The notes under the pieces are model-generated. The model saw only the letters and a list, made by a program, of their open reading frames with translations, was not told the DNA's origin and searched no databases. Positions 10,753 to 20,324 of a DNA stretch of 64,000 nt are shown in pieces; within the stretch, counting starts at the first letter, position 1, and each line of letters opens with the position of its first letter. The DNA is taken from assembly GCA_030427365.1 (NCBI GenBank), contig JAUHWW010000002.1, positions 48 to 64,047 on the forward strand. Direction: 5' to 3'. The translations under genes and the position numbers were made by a program. This DNA is from a bacterium. GTDB lineage: Bacteria > Patescibacteriota > Saccharimonadia > Saccharimonadales > SZUA-47.

Positions 10753-11241
10753 TTAAATCCGCTTTAAATCCGCTTTCGGTGCGGCGAGGTGAGTCAATGC
10801 AACAGCAAGCGCGTCAGCGGCGTCATCGGGCGTGGGCTTTTTCTTTAGACCAAGCTGCACACGCACCATCTCCTGAATCTGCGCTTTCTTGGCATGGCCG
10901 TAGCCTGTCATCGCCATTTTTATTTCATTCGGCGCATACTCATAAATTGGAAGAGCGTGTTCTATCAGTGCGAGCAGGATGACACCACGTGCCTGACTGA
11001 CTTGCATGCCGGTCGTAATATTTTGCACGAAGAATAATTTTTCTACTGCTGCAACATCTGGATTTAGTTCTGCGATCAACTCCTTCAGGGATTCATATAG
11101 CTCGAGCAAGCGTACGGCGTCATCTGCCCCCTTTGTAGTCGTAATCACCCCGCCGTCAATCATTTTTGGCGTGCGGCCACTGCCGTCAACCAGCCCAAAG
11201 CCGATCGTCCCTGAACCTGGATCAATTCCTAGTATTTTCAT
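10753..11241 (-). CDS. ruvC: crossover junction endodeoxyribonuclease RuvC
   Basis: MKILGIDPGS... RuvC-type N-terminus. I chose the internal ATG at 11241; the track ORF extends to 11283. Confidence 0.9.
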   Translation of the reverse strand: MKILGIDPGSGTIGFGLVDGSGRTPKMIDGGVITTTKGADDAVRLLELYESLKELIAELNPDVAAVEKLFFVQNITTGMQVSQARGVILLALIEHALPIYEYAPNEIKMAMTGYGHAKKAQIQEMVRVQLGLKKKPTPDDAADALAVALTHLAAPKADLKRI

Positions 11242-11662
11242 TTTTTCCTGGTTTCCTTCTGTGTCTATACAACAGTAGCCCAACCACGGTAACGAGAAAC
11301 CAGATCATAAAATTTAGAACCCGTCCAAGAGGGTAAGATATTCGATCTAGTTGTGCTGTTTTTTCGACGCTTTCAAAGTCAATGCTATACCAAGGTACTA
11401 GATCTGCTGATATTACACTTCGATAGTCATCGGTCATATTTCGCACATCGTCAATATTAGCTGAGACTACAAAGGGTAAGCCAGACCTTCGCTCTACATG
11501 CATACCACTTCTTACACAAAGAACCCCAGTGCATTCTTTATTTTCACCTACATCAATAAAAACAGATTTTTTATATGACACTAACGTACTAAGGTAAGTT
11601 GTTACAAGAGCAAGCACAAACAGCTTTGCGATTATTTTTCTATTTAGGTCCCATTTTTTCAT
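11222..11662 (-). CDS. hypothetical bitopic membrane protein inserted between yebC and ruvC
   Basis: 146 aa with an N-terminal anchor and a C-terminal TM. Visibly AT-rich. Overlaps both the yebC stop and the ruvC start. Confidence 0.5.
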   Translation of the reverse strand: MKKWDLNRKIIAKLFVLALVTTYLSTLVSYKKSVFIDVGENKECTGVLCVRSGMHVERRSGLPFVVSANIDDVRNMTDDYRSVISADLVPWYSIDFESVEKTAQLDRISYPLGRVLNFMIWFLVTVVGLLLYRHRRKPGKNENTRN

Positions 11663-12360
11663 GCGAGGTTTGTGTACGTGTTTACAACGTCGTCAAGTTC
11701 TTCGAGCGCTTCCATCAGATTCATGACTTTTTCCTGCTTTTCGTCATCGAGCTCAACGGTCGTGTTCGGTTCGTAGCTCAACTCTGCATCGCCGATCTCT
11801 AGGCCAGCTTCTTTTATCGCATCACGAACTTTTGCGAGATCCGTCATCGCGGTATAGACAATAATTTCCCCATCTTCTTCTTGAGCGTCTTCAGCGCCCG
11901 CATCTAATACAGTGAGAAGCGCATCTTCGCCACTTGCTTTCACGGTTATGACACCCTTGCGGTCAAACTGAAACGCCACGCTGCCCTTTTCACCCAAGGA
12001 TCCACCCTTTTTACTAAACGTGTGTCGAACTTCAGGGTATGTACGATTGGTATTGTCAGTCGCAGTCTCGACAATGATTGCTACGCCGCCCGGTCCATAG
12101 CCCTCATAGACAACTTCTTGCAGCTGCGCCGCATCTTTGTCTTTTACGCGATCGATTGAACGCTCGATATTGCTATTTGGCATGTTCGCAGCCTTTGCTT
12201 TATCGATGGCAAGTGCTAAAGCTGGGTTCATACTAGGGTCAGTTCCACCACGAGCTGCCAATGCGATCTGGTTTCCCAGCCTCGTGAAAACCGCTCCCCG
12301 CTGCGCGTCGGCAACTGCTTTGCCTCGTTTGATTTTTGACCACTTGTTATGTCCAGCCAT
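11659..12360 (-). CDS. yebC: YebC/PmpR family DNA-binding regulator
   Basis: 233 aa with the MAGHNKWSKIKRGKA signature N-terminus. Confidence 0.93.
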   Translation of the reverse strand: MAGHNKWSKIKRGKAVADAQRGAVFTRLGNQIALAARGGTDPSMNPALALAIDKAKAANMPNSNIERSIDRVKDKDAAQLQEVVYEGYGPGGVAIIVETATDNTNRTYPEVRHTFSKKGGSLGEKGSVAFQFDRKGVITVKASGEDALLTVLDAGAEDAQEEDGEIIVYTAMTDLAKVRDAIKEAGLEIGDAELSYEPNTTVELDDEKQEKVMNLMEALEELDDVVNTYTNLA

Positions 12361-12401
12361 GTTTGCCTTTCTGCTCTATTCCCTCTATTTTAACAGATTG
12401 A

Positions 12402-12430
12402 TTGCAGTCAAATAGTAGCGATGCTATAGT
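12402..12430 (+). promoter_or_regulatory. candidate promoter for the YggT-like gene
   Basis: TTGCAG (12402-12407), 17 nt, TGcTATAGT extended -10 (12425-12430), then AGGAGG at 12441 and ATG at 12453. Confidence 0.45.
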
Positions 12431-12452
12431 GAAACGAAACAGGAGGCGTTCT

Positions 12453-12875
12453 ATGGCACAGAAAAAAGATCAGGTAGAAGTACCGAGTTACTTAAAAATA
12501 TCAAAGGTAGTAGTGTGGTTTCTCTACTTCTTTATCTTGCTTGGAATAATATCGCTTATTTTTAGAGTTTTCTTGCTCTTATTCAGCGCGGATCGAAGTG
12601 CAGGGTTTTCTCAATTCGTTGGCAATGTATCTAATGATTATTTGCAGCCGTTTCGAGGTATTTTCCCACCAAAAACAATTGGTGAAACGGGTTATTTGGA
12701 TGTAGCGGCATTGTTTGCAATTCTCGTGTATCTATTCCTACTTTGGGGCGTCCACTCTCTTATTGAGTATGTCCAAGGGAAAATCGATATCGAAAAAGCC
12801 GAACAGCAAAAGCAGCTTGCAGCTGCACAGCGTCGCACCACTACCTCGACGGTGAAGCGTCAGAGCACTAGGTAA
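12453..12875 (+). CDS. YggT-like small membrane protein
   Basis: MAQKKDQ start behind AGGAGG (the track ORF starts earlier, at 12402). Two TM segments and an LQPFRGIFPP motif resembling YggT. Confidence 0.5.
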   Translation: MAQKKDQVEVPSYLKISKVVVWFLYFFILLGIISLIFRVFLLLFSADRSAGFSQFVGNVSNDYLQPFRGIFPPKTIGETGYLDVAALFAILVYLFLLWGVHSLIEYVQGKIDIEKAEQQKQLAAAQRRTTTSTVKRQSTR

Positions 12876-12878
12876 TTT

Positions 12879-12951
12879 AGGGCCCACCGGGGGAGTGACC
12901 TAAATAATCTGCGCGCCGAGCAGGACTCGGGCGACAGACTATTTAGCGAAC
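12879..12951 (-). repeat. tRNA-Lys 3'-end duplicate (14 nt) fused to palindromic module Z
   Basis: 12879-12892 is identical to 13024-13037 (the tRNA-Lys acceptor/T-stem 3' strand). 12893-12951 is the reverse complement of 56344-56396, with the same 12-nt inverted termini CTAAATAGTCTG/CAGATTATTTAG. Confidence 0.75.
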
Positions 12952-13020
12952 CGCGGCCCGTGTTCAAAATCTCAAGTGAGATTCTCCAAAATAAAAACTC
13001 CCAAACGGGAGCTCTCATTT

Positions 13021-13096
13021 TGGAGGGCCCACCGGGGCTCGAACCCGGGACACACGGCTTAAAAGGCCGTTGCTCTACCAACTGAGCTATAGGCCC
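13021..13096 (-). tRNA. tRNA-Lys (anticodon UUU), CCA encoded
   Basis: Hand-folded cloverleaf: GGGCCTA/TGGGCCC acceptor, GCTC/GAGC D stem, ACGGC-CTTTTAA-GCCGT anticodon arm, CCGGG-TTCGAGC-CCCGG T arm. 76 nt. Confidence 0.95.
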
Positions 13097-13157
13097 ATTT
13101 TGCTATGCAAAATGGTCGATTTACAGAGGTTAATTTTATCCTTTAACAGAGATAAAG

Positions 13158-13637
13158 TCAATGCTTTGACTTTTTATGTGGTTTCTTGCTCGATAGCATC
13201 ACGGCGACCAAACTAAGTGCAAAGGTAAGTGCGAGAATCAGCATGCTGAAACCGTCAATAAACCGCCGCATATCATCGTCGACCGTATCAAGTAGCCAAG
13301 ATAGACCTGTCGCCTCCGGGAGCAACAGCGTAATGACGAGGGCAATAAGCAGCGCAATCAATATATGCAGCATCACAAAGCTGCCCTTTATCGTGTGCCG
13401 AAACAGCATAACGGCCAGTGCAATCGGCAAGGCTACCACTGCAAGTCGGACGTAGCCTTCGCCTTCTGACGGCAACAAAGAGCCGGCTGTTGTCAGCACA
13501 ACAGGATCAACTGTTGACAACAGCAGCAATGAGGCACACGTAGCAAAGAAGATCATGCCGGCGTTTGTGCGAAAGTAATACACAACAAAGGCTAGCAACA
13601 ACGATAAGGCGCCGAGCACAATAAAAAATACGCTCAT
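13158..13637 (-). CDS. hypothetical polytopic membrane protein
   Basis: 159 aa with 4-5 hydrophobic helices. No recognisable motif. Confidence 0.55.
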   Translation of the reverse strand: MSVFFIVLGALSLLLAFVVYYFRTNAGMIFFATCASLLLLSTVDPVVLTTAGSLLPSEGEGYVRLAVVALPIALAVMLFRHTIKGSFVMLHILIALLIALVITLLLPEATGLSWLLDTVDDDMRRFIDGFSMLILALTFALSLVAVMLSSKKPHKKSKH

Positions 13638-13661
13638 GCTTTCAGTCTACCACTGTTTCAG

Positions 13662-14150
13662 TTAGAAGCGCAGTTCGCTACCTGGCGAGATGTCTAGCTC
13701 CTGAGCTCTGCCAGCATTAATCTCAAGACCAAATGCTGCTGGTTGCTCCGGACAAAAAGACGTCGGAAAGGTGTCGGGTGTTATATTTTGTTCCACAGTG
13801 ACGACTATCTTATTCTCATCTAGCCAGATCATGTCGAGTGGGATCAGCGTATCTTTCATCCAGAAGCAATTCTCAGTCGACGTTTGGTCAAAGACGAATA
13901 GCATGCCCTCGTTTTTGTCGAGATACTCTCTGTCTGACAGCCCCTTCGCCCGCTCTTCTGGCTCATCAGCCACCTCAACACTAATATAGCCTTTTGGCGT
14001 CAGTAGACGCGTCTTGTTATCAAGTAGTGAAGAAATGCCGCTGCCAACGGCAAACAACCCAAACACTATCATGGCGCCGCCAATCCAAAGACCAAGTGGA
14101 TTTTTCTGCTTTTTCTTCGCTTCAGCCATACGTGAATCAGTATAGCGCAA
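13662..14150 (-). CDS. DUF192 (COG1430) family protein with N-terminal anchor
   Basis: GMLFVF...FWMKDTLIPLDMIWLD matches the DUF192 signature. Confidence 0.8.
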   Translation of the reverse strand: MRYTDSRMAEAKKKQKNPLGLWIGGAMIVFGLFAVGSGISSLLDNKTRLLTPKGYISVEVADEPEERAKGLSDREYLDKNEGMLFVFDQTSTENCFWMKDTLIPLDMIWLDENKIVVTVEQNITPDTFPTSFCPEQPAAFGLEINAGRAQELDISPGSELRF

Positions 14151-14161
14151 GCATGAGCACT

Positions 14162-15493
14162 TTACTGAGCTGTTGCTCTTTTTCGTTTGCCCTTTGGCTT
14201 TACCACGATATCGATTGCTTTTTCCATACGGCGAATATCCGCGAGCAGATCTGATCTAGTCTTATTAAACAGGACAATCTCCATCACCGGCTTTCCGCCA
14301 TTTTTTGCAAACAACAGTTGATCGCCTTTGTTTTTTCGCTGAGTTAAATTTACAAAAGAGGTCAAAGACCTGACTTTTCTAATGCCAGAGACCGACTCAA
14401 GCGTACCTTCTTTTCGTGCATACATATTGAAGACAGCTGTATAGCCCTTGTGTTTTTTTGGGATGACAGGCTTTTGTGGAATCCGGATGAGAATATCATT
14501 CAAAATGTGATTGATACCATAAGACCAGCTATACATTGTGTGTCTAAACCCTCCCATGCGAGGGGCGAGCTCTATAACTTTCCACGCGGTGGCGGTTTTC
14601 ATTAGCTCAATATGACATGATGTACTCCGAAGTCCTAGCGCCTTAATTGACTTTACAGCGACTTTATTGGCATCCTCTATCTTTGGTTTTGTCAATTTAG
14701 TTGGCGTTAATCGCTGATAACCAAAGAAGTCATCAAAACCAATCGCTCGACCGGTTTTCACATGGACTGGAGGTGTTAAATAGATGTTGCCTCTATCATT
14801 AACATAGCCATCGATAGAATACATCTCACCTTCCATTAGTTGCTCTACGAGCACCTGGGGTGTCCCGCGGCCATGCCGCTCAGCGTAGACTTTATTTAAA
14901 CGTTTAAATACAGCTTTTAACGCTTCCTCGAGTTCTTCGCGGTGGTACACAATAGTCACAAGCAAACTTGCTGCAAGCCCGGCAGGCTTCACAACACACG
15001 GATAGCCTACGTTCTTCTCAACTGTCTCAATGGATTCTTGAGTTGCATCTCTCACGACAGTATAAAGCGGCGAAATAGCTGGATCGTGAGCCTTTAAAAG
15101 TCGGCGCATCTTAATTTTATCCGTTGCCCAATCAAGTGAATCTTTAGTCGGGCCGTTCAGATAAGGGAGAAACGGTTGCAGTTTCTGCAATGTAGGTATA
15201 GAGTCTTCGAACTGACTCGAAAAGGCAAGAAGTCTATCAACGTACGGCGCAAGAGCTCTTTTCAGCTTAATTGGTTCGTCTACATTAACGGTAATGATTG
15301 TTACACGTTTAAGCTTGCTGAATTGCTCAGCCGCTTTGATTTTATCTTTTTTCGTAGCATCGATTACGATAAGGATGTTAACTTCTTTTCCATATCTAGT
15401 TCGATATGTATCAATAGCCTCAATAGTAGAATGGCGTATGCCGTTCACAAATAATATCGTATCGCGATGAGTCGCTTCTCTAAATAATGACAT
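14162..15493 (-). CDS. ATP-grasp domain ligase (large, with unique N-terminal domain)
   Basis: 443 aa. GYPCVVKPAGLAAS..., EQLMEGEMYSIDGY, VIELAPRMGG fit an ATP-grasp fold. Confidence 0.7.
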   Translation of the reverse strand: MSLFREATHRDTILFVNGIRHSTIEAIDTYRTRYGKEVNILIVIDATKKDKIKAAEQFSKLKRVTIITVNVDEPIKLKRALAPYVDRLLAFSSQFEDSIPTLQKLQPFLPYLNGPTKDSLDWATDKIKMRRLLKAHDPAISPLYTVVRDATQESIETVEKNVGYPCVVKPAGLAASLLVTIVYHREELEEALKAVFKRLNKVYAERHGRGTPQVLVEQLMEGEMYSIDGYVNDRGNIYLTPPVHVKTGRAIGFDDFFGYQRLTPTKLTKPKIEDANKVAVKSIKALGLRSTSCHIELMKTATAWKVIELAPRMGGFRHTMYSWSYGINHILNDILIRIPQKPVIPKKHKGYTAVFNMYARKEGTLESVSGIRKVRSLTSFVNLTQRKNKGDQLLFAKNGGKPVMEIVLFNKTRSDLLADIRRMEKAIDIVVKPKGKRKRATAQ

Positions 15494-15550
15494 ATTGATA
15501 TTTCAACTAATAGGTATCTCCTCGTAGGGTAACGCTACAAGCATTCTTTG

Positions 15551-16480
15551 TCAAGCGGTTAATAGATCTGCGAGTCGATTTTGATACTGCTCTGCTTGGG
15601 TATGATAGCTACTTGGCCACATTGCCGGACGCGAATTTAGCTCAATTAGCCTTGCATCGCCAGAACTGTCAAATGCCATATCGACTGAGTACGCTCTATC
15701 ACCTTGTTCATTAAAGTGCTCATCGACTAATTTTGCTATCTCTAAAGCGGACGCGGGGAGATCTTCAGCAGGGACAAAGTGTAACTTTCCGCCCTGAGAA
15801 ACGTTTACCAGCAAGCTACCCTCAGGAGGTGTGCGGAAAAAACTCATTACAATGTCCCCATTCATAATTACTAAACGAAGTTCATGTACACCTTCTATCA
15901 AGCCCTCGACACCGCCAGATGAGTCGATAAATTCTTGGACAATTACTGGGTAGTGCTGTTGATCAATTTCAAGATCATCTTCAGGCTTTACTATTTGCAC
16001 GCCCACTCCCTCAAAGCCACTATATGGCTTAACTACGACCTTTTTCTCCGCACCAAACGTTGCTCTGGCTGAAGCAGCCTCCCCATAATTTTGGGCAAGA
16101 ACACTCTTCGGGGAAAATTGAGGAAAAAGTTTATATGTTTTGTCTTTATCAAAACATATTTCGTTTATATACCTAGGGTTGATAAGCTTTTTCGCATCAG
16201 TAAAGCGGAACGTGTCTTTGTCACCCTTGTCAAAGACGACATCAGCGACAACCTCACCGCTTTCCTCTAACACACCCTTTTCTGAGAATCTATACGTCTT
16301 TTTAAAGACACTTTTAGCGTCATATGATTTCGGCGAGCGAGCGATAAAGCAGTTAGCTCCGCGGTTTTTTATCTTTTCTGATAACTCATAGTAAGATGTT
16401 AGGTATTTTTCCTGTGTAAAAGGGTAGTCATACACCCCAGGATCATCAAGATAAATTACTATATTAAGAGGTTTTTTCAT
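15551..16480 (-). CDS. ATP-grasp domain ligase (RimK/YheC-like)
   Basis: 309 aa. KKVVVKPYSGFEGVGV, VIVQEFIDS, ELRLVIMNG, LIELNSRP motifs. Confidence 0.7.
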   Translation of the reverse strand: MKKPLNIVIYLDDPGVYDYPFTQEKYLTSYYELSEKIKNRGANCFIARSPKSYDAKSVFKKTYRFSEKGVLEESGEVVADVVFDKGDKDTFRFTDAKKLINPRYINEICFDKDKTYKLFPQFSPKSVLAQNYGEAASARATFGAEKKVVVKPYSGFEGVGVQIVKPEDDLEIDQQHYPVIVQEFIDSSGGVEGLIEGVHELRLVIMNGDIVMSFFRTPPEGSLLVNVSQGGKLHFVPAEDLPASALEIAKLVDEHFNEQGDRAYSVDMAFDSSGDARLIELNSRPAMWPSSYHTQAEQYQNRLADLLTA

Positions 16481-16523
16481 CTAAATCTTATCCTTTTTCT
16501 ATCAATTTTAGCAATGTGTCACA

Positions 16524-16628
16524 TCAATTTGAGACGTTCTGGAACGCGAAAAAAACTACCAGCCCAACGATCAATAGCATGAGAACAATCATGGTGATAA
16601 AACCAGATTCGGTATCTTTTCGGTTCAT
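16524..16628 (-). CDS. possible 34-aa single-TM microprotein
   Basis: Hand-translated MNRKDTESGFITMIVLMLLIVGLVVFFAFQNVSN. Below the ORF track cutoff and has no strong RBS. Confidence 0.3.
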   Translation of the reverse strand: MNRKDTESGFITMIVLMLLIVGLVVFFAFQNVSN

Positions 16629-16666
16629 GGCTGCATCATAGCTTGCACGTACCCATTGCGCAAGAG

Positions 16667-17779
16667 CTAATTAAACAGGCCTTTTTTCTTAGCTTCGCGG
16701 AATTCTTCAAGTAGTTCTTTCTGCTTTTTGGATAGTTTTTCTGGGGTATCGACATTAACCGTCACGATGTGTGCACCACGCCCCGTTCCGCGAACGTGCG
16801 GCACACCATGCCCAGAGAGCTTAAAGTCAGTACCGCTCTGCGTACCGGCTGGAACTTTCATCTTGACGAGTCCATCAACCGTCTCAACCTCGACTTCAGT
16901 GCCAAGCGCGGCATCAACCATCGGAATGTGTACTTTACTGAGTATTAGATCACCCTCGCGCGTAAATTCTTTGTGCGCTTTTACGCGTACGTGTACATAG
17001 AGATCGCCTTTCGGACCATCTGCAGTTGCTTCCCCGTAGCCGCTAAGACGAATTGTAGCGCCGTCATCAATGCCCGCGGGAACTTTGATCTTCACCTTTT
17101 TCTCTACGCGCTGCGTTCCGCGCCCGCCGCACACGCTGCACTCTTCTTCCGGGACTTTCCCGCGGCCGCCACACTTTGAGCACGTGACGGCTTGCTGGAT
17201 ATTCCCAAGAATCGTTTTTGCGACGCGCACTTCTTGGCCTGAGCCGCGGCAGACATCACATGTTTTGAGTTCATGTCCTGGCTCAGCTGTTGTGCCCTTG
17301 CAGTGCTCACAGGTGTCATCAAGGTTCAGCTGCACTTCAGTCTCAACACCAAATACCGCTTCTTCAAAATCAAGCTCGAGCATGACTTCAACGTCGCGGC
17401 CACGTTTTTTGCGGCGACTTCTTTGTCCACCCGCTTGACCACCGAAGAAACTACCGAATAAATCACCAAAGCCGCCCAAATCATCAAAATCGAAATTAAC
17501 TGAGTGGCCTTGACCGCCAAACCCTGTAAATGGGTTACCGCCCGCAGAGCCGCCTGAGCCGCCAACACCAGCGTGTCCAAACTGGTCATAGCGTTGACGC
17601 TTCTGCTGGTCTTTCAGTACCTCGTAGGCTTCATTGACTTCTTTGAACTTCACCTCATCGCCACCCTCTTTATCTGGGTGCAACTCGATTGCTTTACGCC
17701 GAAATGCTTTTTTTATTTCATCATCACTGGCGCCTTTTGACACGCCCAAAACTTCGTAATAATCACGTTTCTCAGCCAT
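16667..17779 (-). CDS. dnaJ: chaperone DnaJ
   Basis: 370 aa. J domain with HPD, G/F-rich linker, four CxxCxG zinc repeats. Confidence 0.97.
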   Translation of the reverse strand: MAEKRDYYEVLGVSKGASDDEIKKAFRRKAIELHPDKEGGDEVKFKEVNEAYEVLKDQQKRQRYDQFGHAGVGGSGGSAGGNPFTGFGGQGHSVNFDFDDLGGFGDLFGSFFGGQAGGQRSRRKKRGRDVEVMLELDFEEAVFGVETEVQLNLDDTCEHCKGTTAEPGHELKTCDVCRGSGQEVRVAKTILGNIQQAVTCSKCGGRGKVPEEECSVCGGRGTQRVEKKVKIKVPAGIDDGATIRLSGYGEATADGPKGDLYVHVRVKAHKEFTREGDLILSKVHIPMVDAALGTEVEVETVDGLVKMKVPAGTQSGTDFKLSGHGVPHVRGTGRGAHIVTVNVDTPEKLSKKQKELLEEFREAKKKGLFN

Positions 17780-17788
17780 TACTTTATT

Positions 17789-17815
17789 TTAGCACTTAAG
17801 CCTATTGAGTGCTAG
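17789..17815. promoter_or_regulatory. CIRCE (HrcA operator) upstream of dnaJ
   Basis: TTAGCACTT-N9-GAGTGCTAG against the consensus TTAGCACTC-N9-GAGTGCTAA. Lies 10 nt upstream of the dnaJ ATG. Confidence 0.8.
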
Positions 17816-18402
17816 CCAAAATAGTAGTCCTGGAACTTGATAAAGAACAGCGCAATCATGACGCCGTACAGCAACAAAACAGCGGTGAAGGCGTGCTGAT
17901 TGAGCAGATCGCGCTTCCATTTGACGATACCTTGTGGTTTTTTTATCGTATTGAGAAAATCTTGCGCGCCATATATGCCAATCGGTACGCTTGCTGCCCA
18001 TATAAACACGCAGAATATACAGATTTTGCCGAGCACATACAGACTTACCCAGAAAAACCATAGACTAAATAGCAAAATAATCGTACTCAGTCCAACTACT
18101 ACCTTCTGGACGACTGAGGTCCAGCTACCGCCGCTTAGTCGTTGCAAGCCAAACGCAAGCAGCAATGAGAAGACAACGACCCCAATCAATGCATTTGGCG
18201 GGCCAAATACTGCTGCGAGTTTGTCTCCAAGCACGCCGCCGCAATCAACGACCGGGCTTAAATTGCAGCTAAGCTCCTGCGCTGGATACTTCAGCATATG
18301 CACGCGCTCGGCGGCCTGCCAAAACGACGCAACCAGTCCAACAAGTGAAGCGCCAACCAATAGCCGAGGATACAGTTTTGAGTTATTTTGATTTTTTGCC
18401 AT
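17812..18402 (-). CDS. vitamin K epoxide reductase (VKOR) family thiol oxidoreductase
   Basis: 196 aa with 4-5 TM. Loop cysteines CNLSPVVDCG and a CIFC (CxxC) in a TM helix. Confidence 0.75.
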   Translation of the reverse strand: MAKNQNNSKLYPRLLVGASLVGLVASFWQAAERVHMLKYPAQELSCNLSPVVDCGGVLGDKLAAVFGPPNALIGVVVFSLLLAFGLQRLSGGSWTSVVQKVVVGLSTIILLFSLWFFWVSLYVLGKICIFCVFIWAASVPIGIYGAQDFLNTIKKPQGIVKWKRDLLNQHAFTAVLLLYGVMIALFFIKFQDYYFG

Positions 18403-18511
18403 CTTTGATCTCCATTATCTTTAGTAGTATACGCGAACTTTTATCTGCCGTTGTTCGCTGCAATCATGGACAAAAACCTAGACATGTAGTATATGGAAAG
18501 CGGAGGTACCT

Positions 18512-18781
18512 ATGTCACACGGTAAAGAATTTACAAAGGAAGAAGCAAAAGAAATCGGCGATGCAATCGGTGTTCGCTGGGAAGAAACGGATCTTGAGCA
18601 GTTCCGGCTCGGGCTGGCTGTTGAGCTCGAGCATGGCAGCCACGACCCTGAAACTGACGTGATCGGCGATGACTATCATCTCGCAGGTAAAATCACGTGG
18701 GCTCACCTAAAGGAGCTGCCGGACTACTACACGCGACTCATAAAGATGGAGGAAGAGGCCGAAGCGGAGCTTGATAGCTAA
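18512..18781 (+). CDS. small acidic protein (DUF5661-like by recollection)
   Basis: 89 aa. GGAGG RBS. LEQFRLGLAVELEHG...AHLKELPDYY motif. Confidence 0.5.
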   Translation: MSHGKEFTKEEAKEIGDAIGVRWEETDLEQFRLGLAVELEHGSHDPETDVIGDDYHLAGKITWAHLKELPDYYTRLIKMEEEAEAELDS

Positions 18782-20310
18782 GCTTCACTGTCAAACACAT
18801 CATCCCCGAGCAGCTTTTTCAGCCGAGCACGTATGCTGCCGGTATGCCTGCCGAACTGCGAACTGAGTTCTTTCACTCCAAGTCCGCGTCCAAACAATTT
18901 CGTTAGTTTCTTATCGTCTGCTTCCGACCAAGGTTTGTAGGCATTCGGGTGCTCTTCGCGCATTTTTTCGATTTTTTCCTGCCAGGACGCACTACTGTTA
19001 TTCTTTGATGCGATCTTCTTCTTTTTTCTTTTTTGTTCATAGTCTTTTTCTAGATGGGCATGTTTTTCAGCGTCTTTTTTGGATTTTTTGCGCATCATTC
19101 GATCAATCTCATAGGCCTCTTCGTGCATCATCAAAGCGACGCGGTTTAGTCCACCAAGCGTGAGCGTATCAAGCGAGCGCACGCGGCTCAGTGCGACATA
19201 GCCCATGCCTGGCACAAACGCTTTTGACAGGTCGACATGCGCGGCATCGAGCGTCATTCCTTGACTTTTATGGACGGTAATCGCCCAGGCAAGGCGCAGC
19301 GGCAATTGCACCAAACCTGCGACTTTCTTATCACCATCACGCATTTCCCATGAATCACGATCAACAACTATTTTCCTGCCATCGAGTGTTTTTACAATAG
19401 GCAAGTCTGTTTCTTCGTCGAAATCAACGACCGTGCCCAGCGTGCCATTCACGTACTTTTTATCTAACGAATTCTTCACAAACATAACGAACGCGCCTTT
19501 TTTGAGCCGCAGCAGCTCTGGCGCTAAACAGGATTTCTTCAAGCCTTCTACCCGGCCGGCACTACCGGTCGTTGTCATTTCATACTCATGTACATCGCCC
19601 TCCATCGCCGCCAAACGAGAATTATTTATCGAGTCGACATCGGCGTTTGTCGTGTAGAGCTCGGTGACCGGTTCATCAAACGGCGTTCGCACTTTTTTGC
19701 GCGTCAGCAGGGCCTCAGCATGTCGGCGACGAATGTCATTATCGCGTAGAGCGGTGAGGATGTCGCTTAAACTATCATCATCTTGCCGGTGTTGTTCTTC
19801 GAGATAACAAACAATCGGATCAAGCTCCTCCCAGGCGCTAGAATGCACGACAAATCCACCCTCTTTGCTGTCCACGCGGTTCACCGGGGGCAACTGATAA
19901 AAGTCTCCACTCATCACCACCTGCAGTCCGCCAAACGGCGCTGAATCACCTCGCACCTCACGGCATATCTGATCCACCATATCTAATCGGAAATCGTGCA
20001 GCATAGAGATTTCATCAATCACGAGAATATCTGCATTGATAATCTTATCCTGCCGAGTTTTACTCATGTCACTCGCAGTGCGTTTATGCAGCTCATCCGC
20101 GATGCCGATACCTGACCATGAATGAATTGTTGAGCCGCCGAGGTGCGTAGCCGCGAGGCCTGTCGATGCAGTCACGGCAACTGATTTTCCATCAGCTCGA
20201 GCATTACGAACAAACTCGTTCAACACATAGGTTTTCCCTGACCCCGCAGGACCAGTAAGAAAAACCGAATGCCCTGCATCAAGCAGCGCTAAAGCAAGTG
20301 TTTGTTTCAT
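18778..20310 (-). CDS. Pif1/RecD-like SF1 helicase with C-terminal HTH tail
   Basis: 510 aa. Walker A GPAGSGKT, LVIDEISM, SGDFYQLPPV, TVHKSQG motifs. Lys-rich linker, then an HTH-like tail. Confidence 0.85.
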   Translation of the reverse strand: MKQTLALALLDAGHSVFLTGPAGSGKTYVLNEFVRNARADGKSVAVTASTGLAATHLGGSTIHSWSGIGIADELHKRTASDMSKTRQDKIINADILVIDEISMLHDFRLDMVDQICREVRGDSAPFGGLQVVMSGDFYQLPPVNRVDSKEGGFVVHSSAWEELDPIVCYLEEQHRQDDDSLSDILTALRDNDIRRRHAEALLTRKKVRTPFDEPVTELYTTNADVDSINNSRLAAMEGDVHEYEMTTTGSAGRVEGLKKSCLAPELLRLKKGAFVMFVKNSLDKKYVNGTLGTVVDFDEETDLPIVKTLDGRKIVVDRDSWEMRDGDKKVAGLVQLPLRLAWAITVHKSQGMTLDAAHVDLSKAFVPGMGYVALSRVRSLDTLTLGGLNRVALMMHEEAYEIDRMMRKKSKKDAEKHAHLEKDYEQKRKKKKIASKNNSSASWQEKIEKMREEHPNAYKPWSEADDKKLTKLFGRGLGVKELSSQFGRHTGSIRARLKKLLGDDVFDSEA

Positions 20311-20324
20311 ACAACTAGTGTAGC

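Noticed and set aside
12860-13081. 73-aa minus-strand ORF
   Set aside because: It is co-linear with tRNA-Lys and its trailing repeat unit. The tRNA call explains the sequence.
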